Source: a candidate division WOR-3 bacterium (GTDB lineage Bacteria > Hydrothermota > Tepidihabitantia > Tepidihabitantales > Tepidihabitantaceae). From it: a stretch of DNA of 32,460 nt. Location: NCBI GenBank assembly GCA_039801285.1, contig JBDRUJ010000003.1, forward strand, positions 1-32,460, read 5' to 3'. A model generated the notes under the pieces. It worked only from the letters and a program-made list of their open reading frames with translations, was not told the origin of the DNA and did no database searches. A program made the translations under genes and the position numbers. Shown here in pieces: positions 8,701 through 14,978 of this stretch (its first letter is position 1; each line of letters begins with the position of its first letter).

Positions 8701-9505
8701 CTTCTTCCGCTGGAACACCGTGACCGGCCAGTGGCAGACCCTGCAGGATGCGCCGGCCGGCTCCAACCCGAAGTGGGACAAGGGCTCCTGGCTGGTCTAT
8801 GACGGCGACCAGTTCATCTACGCCCACAAGGCGAAGTACCACGAGTTCTACAAGTACGACCTCGCGACCGGGACCTGGAGCGCACCGCTGCCCAAGGGGA
8901 TGCCGATGACCGGTTCCTCGGGCAAGACCAAGAAGTCGAAGGATGGTGGCTCAGCCGCCTACTACGACGGCGCCATCTACGCGCTCAAGGGTGGCAACAC
9001 CTGCGAGTTCTGGTGCTACTTTGTGGAGGGCGACTCCTGGAAGGAGCTGGACCCGATGCCTGAGGTCGGCTCGACCGGGAAGAAGAAGCGGGTCAAGGCC
9101 GGCGGCGACATCGTCTCGGCTGGCAACTACCAGTTCTACGCCCTGAAGGGTAACAAGACCGTGGAGTTCTGGTGCTACGGCGGCGCGACAGTTGCCAGCG
9201 CGCTTGAGCCGCTGCGCCAGGGCGTGATGGCCGAGAACCTGGTTGCCCAGAAGCCGGGAATCACCATCGTGCCCAATCCGCTCTCCAATGGTCGGGCGGT
9301 CCTCCGCTACAACCTGCCCAAGGCCGGGCCGGTCCGGCTGGTCATCTACGATGTGACCGGTCGTGATGTCCTGAGCTCCAGCTTTGTGGCGAGCCACAGC
9401 GGAGCCGCAACCCTTGACCTGCGGAGCCTGAGCGCTGGTGTCTACCTCGTGAAGCTTGATGCGGATGGTTATCGGACCACGCAGAAGCTGACCGTGGAGC
9501 GCTAG
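5777..9505 (+). CDS. large secreted multidomain protein: Kelch-type blades, CARDB-like Ig modules, CBM9/DOMON-like module, six-blade ~50-aa repeat propeller, T9SS type-A-like CTD
   Basis: The ORF track starts at 5693. ATG 5777 is preferred because AAAGGAGG (5763-5770) precedes it and a signal peptide follows (MRPKSKGLVALALLAIASLCLA). Kelch-like strands: MLYMIGGD, KIYIFGGYTG, LMYVFGGAG. CARDB-like: HDVGVSKILEP..., GDVGVTGIPVPGS.... Six repeats of KG(N)xTxEFWxY...GDSWxxL. Tail: IVPNPLSNGRAVLRYNL...GVYLVKLDADGYRTTQKLTVER. Confidence 0.9.
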   Translation: MRPKSKGLVALALLAIASLCLAVSGPMTVSPPLPVPHYHWAPTEFHATPCYNPDCHEEHVWMPGGGADEVRPGVGGVDGQWVAVPAPTTQPDRMCSANCYDEVHDMLYMIGGDPAGYYGVNNCQRFNPVTNVWTDLQPMPGARTWLDGEGAICQRLGKIYIFGGYTGSANNQTYEYTISTNSWTTKASMTSATLAYPSGIWRDSLMYVFGGAGPSLSGSNVVQVYNPFNNTWATATSLPEACDMGSGTIIGDTIYITNGYNRTSGALWANARKGYINPSNPLQITWSNWTLVPTYGFNGGTTRLNGWVYRLGGFGTLYVGSDHVRGWRYNPANPGTYETLPWPPNPPYRRGLARCNFLNRREAGNELFIFAGDEYGDWSTPNRYYFRNQFTPPHDVGVSKILEPATSLVFTGDSFLPTIEVKNYGLNPETDVPVTFQVESAGTVVYSAAALVSLGIGETETLYFTDYWYVGGPLWTGYMVKAWTALTTDVIPQNDTASRMCLVSTDTIISPSGATPPSIDGYLNFAGGEWSDANFANLSNVSGWGASPPVPHGPDAAYAWFKHDGSYLYLAFAFPEGMTRDIGDQIGFYLDEDGDGEWEPDMTEGNYWIWVNGSSADEVLFRWHRPDTFGPQGLPVPGAQSASGTFNGYLTFEVKLPFGTLPYQVNMNPANDTGKLFIYMMDNGQIMGWWPVAMAEDSWRSPQFYGTYILQTLQSGDVGVTGIPVPGSVVAPGATITPTGTWKNFGTTTMNFTAYYFLDSAGTRVYSQSQPATLAGGGTVNLTFPNYTFANDTSSGWVAKCSTVASGDVNPANNAMAKSFKVSTAPPVLGWKEMKQVPLTPSGKQVKDGGWLSFDPGADGGFIYAAKGNKTPDFYRYHVDGDSWQTLAPIKPGTENKLPKKGCYGCADGAGHVFMTKGNNTLGFWEYFVEGDSWVQLTDVPLGNSGKKVKGGTDMVYVVLNDTGYVYLLKGYKQDFFRWNTVTGQWQTLQDAPAGSNPKWDKGSWLVYDGDQFIYAHKAKYHEFYKYDLATGTWSAPLPKGMPMTGSSGKTKKSKDGGSAAYYDGAIYALKGGNTCEFWCYFVEGDSWKELDPMPEVGSTGKKKRVKAGGDIVSAGNYQFYALKGNKTVEFWCYGGATVASALEPLRQGVMAENLVAQKPGITIVPNPLSNGRAVLRYNLPKAGPVRLVIYDVTGRDVLSSSFVASHSGAATLDLRSLSAGVYLVKLDADGYRTTQKLTVER

Positions 9506-9528
9506 GGTTCAGACCCTAACGGGTTTCA

Positions 9529-9563
9529 CAGGACGGGCCCGGATTCCGGGCCCGTCCTGTTTT
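9529..9563 (+). terminator. strong intrinsic terminator
   Basis: Perfect 14-bp stem CAGGACGGGCCCGG (9529-9542) / CCGGGCCCGTCCTG (9546-9559), ATT loop, then TTTT. Confidence 0.85.
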
Positions 9564-9570
9564 GTCCAAG

Positions 9571-9598
9571 TTGACTTTCTCCGGCTAGGCGCTAAGAT
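9571..9598 (+). promoter_or_regulatory. sigma70-type promoter; very short or no leader
   Basis: TTGACT (9571-9576), 16-nt spacer, TAAGAT (9593-9598). ATG 9608 lies 9 nt downstream with no Shine-Dalgarno. Confidence 0.45.
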
Positions 9599-9607
9599 TT
9601 CTTCAAT

Positions 9608-11419
9608 ATGCTCAGCACCATGCGCCGCCGTGTCCGACTTATAATGATAATCGTCGCCGTGGCATTTGTCGCCGGCTTTCTGATGAGTGAGCTCTGGCAG
9701 CTCATCCGGTCAAGGGAGCGGGGCCGGCCATCCCGCCGCGCCGGGGCAATCGGTGAGATTGACCGTGAGCCGATAACGATAGAGCAGTACCGGCAGGCAC
9801 GGGAGTTCATAAGTCGCCGGTTCCAGCGGGACAGCCTGTTCCGTGACTTCACAGCCGACGATGAGGCGCGGATTGACAAACTCGCCTGGGACTACCTCAC
9901 CAGCGAGCTCATCTGGGCGCGGCTTCTGAAAAAGACGAGGCTCAACATCACCGATGGCGAGATTGAGTGGATTATCACCAATGTGCCGCCCCAGGAGCTG
10001 ACGCAGCGGTCCGAGCTTCAGACCGACGGTCAGTTCGACACCGCCAAGTACCACCAGTTGCTGCGCGTCCCGGAGAATCAGCCCTTCTTTGCCAGTTACG
10101 CCCGGGAGATTTTTGAGCAGCTCCGGCAGCAGAAGCTCCAGCTCTATGCCATGGCGAACTACCGGATTACCAATGCGGAGCTAACCGATATCCAGCGCCG
10201 CGCCAACAGAACCGCTGTCGTCACCGCACTCCGTTTCCGTCCGCCCAGGGAGCTGCCCGAACCGACCGATGAGGAGGCCCGGGCGTGGTACAAGGCCCAT
10301 CCTGAGCAGTTCCGGGCCCAGAAGGAGGTGCGGGAGGTGCGGTGGGTTCGGGTTCCCATTTCCATTACCCAGCAGGATTCGCTCGACGCCCAACAGCGCA
10401 TTGAGCAGGCATACCAACGGATCAGGGCTGCCGACACCGCCTCGTTCCGCGACTCGCTGGAGATGGCGATGCTCACCGATGGTGATTACCAACCGGACAC
10501 AGCTCCGGTCCGGTTTCTCCGCTCCGAGCTCGACCCGAGAACCGACTCCCTCATCCGCAGGCTCAAGCCCGGCCAGTTCACTCTTCCCTATCAGACGGTA
10601 AACGGCTGGCAAATCACCGTCCTGGACAGCATCAGGCAGGATACGGTCTTTATCCGACGCATCCGGACAAGAATCAAGCCTGACAACACCCGCGAGATTG
10701 CGGCGCTTGATTTGGCCCGTGCCGTCATTGAGCTGGCGAATGCCACTTCGCTCGACTCGGCTGCCCGCGCCAACAACCTGACTGTCGGTCCGATGCCGGT
10801 GATGATTGTCGGTGGCGAGCTTTCCCGACCGCCCGGCACGCTCTACGCCCCGGGTCAGCTTACCGAGTGGGCAACCCATGCCCGCAAAGGTGAAGTCATG
10901 GATGTCCCGCTCCGGGGCAGCGACGGCTACTACATCTTTGCCCTTACCAATATCACTCCGGCCCAGACCCGGCCCTTTGACGAGCAGACCAAGCAGGCCG
11001 CTAAGTGGCGGGTCCGGGCTGAGAAGGCGAACCAGCAGACATTAGCAGCCGCCCGGCAGGCTTTCCAGGAGCTCAGGGCGGGCAGGAGGCTTGAAGAGTT
11101 CGCCCAGGAACACCCGGACGAGGTTGAGGCTACCCACGACACCATCAATGGCATCTTTGATTACCGCGTCCGGGCGATGAGGGGTGTGGAGTTCGTTGCC
11201 GCGGCGCTGGCACTCGAGCCGGGGCAGACCTGCGGCCCGATTCAAAGCCATTCGGTGGCTTACATCATCAGGTGCGACACACTCCTTCCCGCGGTATCAC
11301 CATATTCGGACAGCATCTACAGCCAGGAGCGACAGCAGCAGATTTTTCAGGCTATCTGGCAGAGCCTCTGGAAGCAGCCCCAGATAAAAGACTACCGCGC
11401 TACCACCCCCTACTACTAA
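9608..11419 (+). CDS. PpiD/SurA-like periplasmic chaperone (membrane-anchored, degenerate parvulin-type PPIase domains)
   Basis: 603 aa. N-terminal anchor RLIMIIVAVAFVAGFLMSELW. Long helical SurA-N-like region. Parvulin-like cores: EVRWVRVPI...LKPGQFTLPYQTVNGWQITVLD, and a second GEVMDVPLRGSDGYYIFALTNI. An alternative in-frame ATG exists at 9620. Confidence 0.7.
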   Translation: MLSTMRRRVRLIMIIVAVAFVAGFLMSELWQLIRSRERGRPSRRAGAIGEIDREPITIEQYRQAREFISRRFQRDSLFRDFTADDEARIDKLAWDYLTSELIWARLLKKTRLNITDGEIEWIITNVPPQELTQRSELQTDGQFDTAKYHQLLRVPENQPFFASYAREIFEQLRQQKLQLYAMANYRITNAELTDIQRRANRTAVVTALRFRPPRELPEPTDEEARAWYKAHPEQFRAQKEVREVRWVRVPISITQQDSLDAQQRIEQAYQRIRAADTASFRDSLEMAMLTDGDYQPDTAPVRFLRSELDPRTDSLIRRLKPGQFTLPYQTVNGWQITVLDSIRQDTVFIRRIRTRIKPDNTREIAALDLARAVIELANATSLDSAARANNLTVGPMPVMIVGGELSRPPGTLYAPGQLTEWATHARKGEVMDVPLRGSDGYYIFALTNITPAQTRPFDEQTKQAAKWRVRAEKANQQTLAAARQAFQELRAGRRLEEFAQEHPDEVEATHDTINGIFDYRVRAMRGVEFVAAALALEPGQTCGPIQSHSVAYIIRCDTLLPAVSPYSDSIYSQERQQQIFQAIWQSLWKQPQIKDYRATTPYY

Positions 11420-11425
11420 AAAAGC

Positions 11426-11454
11426 TTGACCGTCGGGCAATAAGAGCTTATGAT
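11426..11454 (+). promoter_or_regulatory. sigma70-type promoter for the tRNA cluster
   Basis: A-rich upstream tract (CTAAAAAAGC), TTGACC (11426-11431), 17-nt spacer, TATGAT (11449-11454). The first tRNA starts 19 nt later. Confidence 0.55.
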
Positions 11455-11472
11455 TTCTGCGGGTCGAAACTG

Positions 11473-11545
11473 GGCCCCATCGTCTAGCGGTTTAGGACAT
11501 CACTCTTTCAAGGTGAAGGCACCGGTTCGACTCCGGTTGGGGCCA
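11473..11545 (+). tRNA. tRNA-Glu: tRNA-Glu (anticodon UUC)
   Basis: Hand-folded cloverleaf. Acceptor GGCCCCA/TGGGGCC, D-arm GTCT-AGCGGTTTA-GGAC, anticodon stem TCACT/GGTGA with loop CTTTCAA, T-arm ACCGG-TTCGACT-CCGGT, discriminator A. No encoded CCA. Confidence 0.9.
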
Positions 11546-11555
11546 GAGATTCTGT

Positions 11556-11628
11556 GCGGGAGTAGCTCAGTTGGTAGAGCATCACCTTGCCAAGGTGGGG
11601 GTCGCGGGTTCAAATCCCGTCTCCCGCT
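11556..11628 (+). tRNA. tRNA-Gly: tRNA-Gly (anticodon GCC)
   Basis: Acceptor GCGGGAG/CTCCCGC, D-arm GCTC-AGTTGGTA-GAGC, anticodon stem TCACC/GGTGG with loop TTGCCAA, T-arm GCGGG-TTCAAAT-CCCGT. No encoded CCA. Confidence 0.9.
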
Positions 11629-11631
11629 TTC

Positions 11632-11703
11632 GGCGGCTTAGCCAAGCAGTAAGGCAGCGGTCTGCAAAACCGCAATGCTCGGGTGCAAATCCCGAAGCCG
11701 CCT
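11632..11703 (+). tRNA. tRNA-Cys: tRNA-Cys (anticodon GCA)
   Basis: Acceptor GGCGGCT/AGCCGCC, anticodon stem GCGGT/ACCGC with loop CTGCAAA, T-arm TCGGG-TGCAAAT-CCCGA, short D-stem as is usual for tRNA-Cys. No encoded CCA. Confidence 0.85.
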
Positions 11704-11709
11704 TTTTCC

Positions 11710-11797
11710 GCCGGGATGGCGGAACAGGCAGACGCAAGGGACTTAAAATCCCTCGGTCCAGTTATGGGCTGTGCCGGTTCGAGTCCGGCTCCCGGCA
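11710..11797 (+). tRNA. tRNA-Leu: tRNA-Leu (anticodon UAA), class II with long variable arm
   Basis: Acceptor GCCGGGA/TCCCGGC, anticodon stem AGGGA/TCCCT with loop CTTAAAA, long variable arm (CGGTCCAGTTATGGGCTGT), T-arm GCCGG-TTCGAGT-CCGGC, discriminator A. Confidence 0.9.
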
Positions 11798-11798
11798 C

Positions 11799-11871
11799 GG
11801 GCCGTTAGCTCAGGAGGCAGAGCACCTGATTTTTAATCCGGTGGCCGCAGGTTCGAGTCCTGCACGGCCCA
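11799..11871 (+). tRNA. tRNA-Lys: tRNA-Lys (anticodon UUU)
   Basis: Acceptor GGGCCGT/ACGGCCC, D-arm GCTC-AGGAGGCA-GAGC, anticodon stem CCTGA/TCCGG with one U.C mismatch at 29:41, loop TTTTTAA, T-arm GCAGG-TTCGAGT-CCTGC. It starts 1 nt after tRNA-Leu ends. Confidence 0.85.
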
Positions 11872-12542
11872 TTTCCAGCTGAGAGCCAAAAGAGTCAACC
11901 CGTTGTCAATGAGTATCGCTTCTTTATCAGCCAAGCCAGCCCAATCCCATCCATCTTTCTAGACCAAAGAACTAACAACAAGCCCTTGGTGTTGTCTCAT
12001 TGCGATGCTTTCTGAGAAGCCGTGGCAATATCAGCCGTGGGCTCGCAATGAGACCCGCCAGAACGGCAAATGGGGGCTAAAATGGATGAGTGGCCAGGGT
12101 CTTTTCCTGCCCTGTGATAGCTACTTTCACCCAGCCGGAAAAATCGGGATAAGCTCTGCAGTGCCAGCAGGTTATCCGAAAACAGGGGGCAGACTACCGA
12201 ACCACTTCGGGGCTTACCACCCTGCTAAGTTGCCTTTCAAAAATCAATCTCAGACTCGTGCCGAGTAGAACTCTAAGACCGGTTTTCAGAATCGGCCGAG
12301 GCTCGTGACCAGCGAGCGTTCTGAGCTGACCGCTTAGAACTGGCGCTGGTCTCTTGCCAGGTGCCGGTCAGAGCCGCCTTTCAAGAGCCGTCTAAAGCCC
12401 GACCCTTGGAAGCAACTTCAGTTCGGTCGTCAGAGCCTGGCTGAGAATCGTGCCCAGTCCTTTCCTCAGAGCGGCCCTTGACTCAGTTCCCAGCCACTAT
12501 GACCGAGGCGGGTGTCCGGTTGCCCCATATATCCAGCAAGTT

Positions 12543-12590
12543 TCCTTGACTTATACAATTTCTTGACATCGGGCACATCGGGGCTAAAAT
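12543..12590 (+). promoter_or_regulatory. rnf operon promoter with 16-nt upstream box
   Basis: Box TCCTTGACTTATACAA (12543-12558), 4 nt, TTGACA (12563-12568), 16-nt spacer ending GGC, TAAAAT (12585-12590). ATG 12604 is 13 nt downstream with no Shine-Dalgarno. Confidence 0.55.
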
Positions 12591-12603
12591 TGCCGCCCAT
12601 TCG

Positions 12604-13908
12604 ATGCGAAGCTTCCGTGGCGGAGTCCATCCCCGCGAAGGCAAGGAAGCAACCGAGCATAAGCCGATTGAGGTTGCGCCCCTGCCTAGCCGGGTTGTCA
12701 TTCCTTTGTCACAACACACCGGCGCACCATCCAGACCGGTTGTTCAGAAGGGTGTCAGGGTGAAGGCCGGCACGATGATTGGTGAGCCGGTGGGCCGGGT
12801 TTCGGTTCCGACCCATTCCTCTATCTCGGGCACAGTCGCTGATGTTGTTGACCTACCCCATCCATTGACCGGCCGGCCGGTGGCAACGGTCATCATTGAC
12901 TCTGACGGTCAGGATGAACTTGAAGCGACGATTGGCGAACAGGACCATTCCCACTTTACGCCGGAGGAGATTATTGAGGCTGTCCGCCGGGCCGGAGTTG
13001 TGGGCCTGGGTGGTGCCGCATTCCCGACATTTATCAAGCTCAGCCCGCCGAAGGAAAAGCCGATTGATACCCTCATCATCAACGGCTGCGAGTGTGAGCC
13101 CTATCTCACCGCTGACCACCGGCTGATGCTGGAAAAGAGTCACGAGATTGTCGAAGGCATCAGATTTCTGGCGCGGGCACTTGGGGTGAGCCGGGTCATC
13201 ATCGCCATCGAAGACAACAAGCGCGATGCGGTGCAACTCATGACTTCGGTGGCAGCCGGGCCAGACATCGCGGTGCGCGAACTGAGGACCAAATATCCCC
13301 AGGGCGCTGAGAAGCAGCTCATCAAGGTTCTGCTCGGTCGGGAGGTCCCGTCAGGCGGCCTGCCGATGGATGTGGGCTGTGTGGTTCAGAATGTCGGAAC
13401 CGCCGTGGCGGTCAGGGATGCGGTGCGGTTCGCCAAACCCCTATTCGAACGGGTGGTGACGGTCACCGGACCGGCGGTCGCAGAGCCGAAGAACCTGCGC
13501 GTCCGCATCGGGACACTGGTTAGTGAGCTCGTTCAGTTCTGCGGCGGCTATCAGGGACCGGTCGGAAAGCTCATCATGGGCGGGCCGATGATGGGCATCG
13601 CCCTTGCCTCGGACAAAGTTCCGGTTCTCAAGGGCACCTCCGGCATTCTGGCGCTCGGGCCGGAGCCGGAGTCTGATGAGTCGGAGTGCATCCGGTGCGG
13701 TCGCTGTATCGAGGCCTGTCCGATGGGCCTGGCTCCGACCCGGCTGCACTACCATGTCCGGCAGCGCCGGTTTGCCCAGGCCCGGGCCGAGCATCTTCTG
13801 GACTGCATTGAGTGCGGCTGCTGCGCCTATGTCTGTCCGGCACGGATTCGCCTAGTCCACAGCTTCAAGTTCGGTAAGTCGGAGGTTCTTGCCCAGGAGC
13901 GGAAGTGA
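12604..13908 (+). CDS. rnfC: Rnf electron-transport complex subunit C
   Basis: N-terminal FRGGVHPREGKE motif, NADH/FMN-binding-type core (GLGGAAFPT), and two C-terminal 4Fe-4S motifs CIRCGRCIEACP and CIECGCCAYVCP. First gene of the CDGEAB order. Confidence 0.95.
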   Translation: MRSFRGGVHPREGKEATEHKPIEVAPLPSRVVIPLSQHTGAPSRPVVQKGVRVKAGTMIGEPVGRVSVPTHSSISGTVADVVDLPHPLTGRPVATVIIDSDGQDELEATIGEQDHSHFTPEEIIEAVRRAGVVGLGGAAFPTFIKLSPPKEKPIDTLIINGCECEPYLTADHRLMLEKSHEIVEGIRFLARALGVSRVIIAIEDNKRDAVQLMTSVAAGPDIAVRELRTKYPQGAEKQLIKVLLGREVPSGGLPMDVGCVVQNVGTAVAVRDAVRFAKPLFERVVTVTGPAVAEPKNLRVRIGTLVSELVQFCGGYQGPVGKLIMGGPMMGIALASDKVPVLKGTSGILALGPEPESDESECIRCGRCIEACPMGLAPTRLHYHVRQRRFAQARAEHLLDCIECGCCAYVCPARIRLVHSFKFGKSEVLAQERK

Positions 13909-14978
13909 TGGCCCCAAAGACACCGGCCGAGGAATCAACCCAACTTCTGGTAACCGCCTCACCCCATATCCATTCAGCGGTGACCGTCGAGAAACTGATG
14001 TGGGCGGTGGTGATTGCCCTGGCTCCGGCTTTAGCCGGTTCGGTCTATTTCTTCGGCATCAAGGCGCTGAAGATTATCATCCTGAGCACCGCCGCAGCGG
14101 TCGTCTTTGACGGTCTGGGCCAGCGGCTGATGGGTCGCAAGGTCACGGTCTGGGACGGGAGTGCAGCGGTGACCGGGCTTTTGCTTGCCGCCAATCTGCC
14201 ACCGGACGTTCCCTGGTGGCTGCCGGTTATCGGCGCCGCCTTTGCCACGATTGTAGCTAAACAGCTCTTCGGTGGTCTCGGCCACAACTTTATCAACCCG
14301 GCCCTTGCCGGCCGGGCATTTCTCACCGCCTCCTGGCCAACCCTAATGACCACGAGGTGGCTTGCGCCACGGCTCGGCACCGTCTCCGGACTCGGTCCGG
14401 CCGGACTCCGGCTCTGCACCGATGCGGTCACCACCGCCACACCCCTGAATGTCCTGAAAAACGGCGAGCGGCTGCTGGCCCCGGGCTGCGAACCGGCGCA
14501 ACTCTGGCAGGAGCTCCAGTCCTGGCCGGTCATCAAACGGCTCTTTCTCGGGAATGTCGGCGGCTCACTTGGTGAAACCTCGGCACTGCTGCTGCTTCTC
14601 GGCGGCATCCTGCTGATTATCTTGAGGGTGATAGACTGGCGTATTCCCGTCTCCTACCTTGTCACAGTGGCCATCCTGGTGTTGATTCTGCCCGGGCCGA
14701 AGACCGCGCCGCTTCAGTATTTACTTTTTCACCTTTTCTCGGGCGGCCTCATCCTGGGCGCATTCTACATGGCCACCGATTATGTCACATCACCTTTGAC
14801 TCACAAGGGCCGGCTTATCTTCGGGCTGGGCTGCGGGACCCTCACCGTCCTGATTCGGCGCTGGGGCGGTTATCCCGAAGGGGTGTGCTATTCAATCCTG
14901 CTCATGAATGTGGCAACACCGCTGATTGACCGGCTGGTCCGTACACGGCTTTTTGGCAGACGAAAGGAGCCGAGATGA
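13905..14978 (+). CDS. rnfD: Rnf complex subunit D (polytopic membrane, FMN-attachment family)
   Basis: ASPHIH motif near the N-terminus, multiple TM helices, NqrB/RnfD-like MATDYVTSP segment. The start is GTG 13905 (GTGA overlap with the rnfC stop) or ATG 13908. AGGAG lies at 13895-13899. Confidence 0.93.
   Translation: MMAPKTPAEESTQLLVTASPHIHSAVTVEKLMWAVVIALAPALAGSVYFFGIKALKIIILSTAAAVVFDGLGQRLMGRKVTVWDGSAAVTGLLLAANLPPDVPWWLPVIGAAFATIVAKQLFGGLGHNFINPALAGRAFLTASWPTLMTTRWLAPRLGTVSGLGPAGLRLCTDAVTTATPLNVLKNGERLLAPGCEPAQLWQELQSWPVIKRLFLGNVGGSLGETSALLLLLGGILLIILRVIDWRIPVSYLVTVAILVLILPGPKTAPLQYLLFHLFSGGLILGAFYMATDYVTSPLTHKGRLIFGLGCGTLTVLIRRWGGYPEGVCYSILLMNVATPLIDRLVRTRLFGRRKEPR

Noticed and set aside
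11799-11871. tRNA-Lys considered as a pseudogene because of the U.C mismatch in the anticodon stem.
   Set aside because: The acceptor, D and T arms, loop sizes and conserved T-loop TTCGAGT are all canonical. A single stem mismatch is tolerated in many functional tRNAs.
12250-12480. Recurring TCAGAGCC/TCAGAGCG/TCAGACTC motifs, considered as a degenerate CRISPR array.
   Set aside because: The spacing is irregular (about 36-70 nt), the units share only 7-8 nt, and there is no leader or cas gene nearby.
12005-12481. A single frame open for 477 nt apart from two internal TAG codons. Considered as a pseudogene or as TAG recoding (pyrrolysine-type).
   Set aside because: Both TAGs sit in a repeated TAGAACT motif, so they are repeat copies rather than point-inactivated codons. 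The translation is not protein-like, there is no start context, and nothing in the window suggests Pyl machinery.
11872-12542. Searched this gap, and the gaps at 1871-2446 and 22753-23376, for RNase P RNA, tmRNA and SRP RNA.
   Set aside because: On neither strand did I find the conserved RNase P blocks (GAGGAAAGTCCGGGC / ACAGAAnCCGGCTTA), a tRNA-like GGTTCGAATCC...CCA 3' end with an ...ALAA-type tag frame, or the SRP GGAAGCAGCC domain IV motif. The CAGACTACCGAACCACTTCGGGGCTTACC similarity is too partial. A covariance-model scan is still needed.
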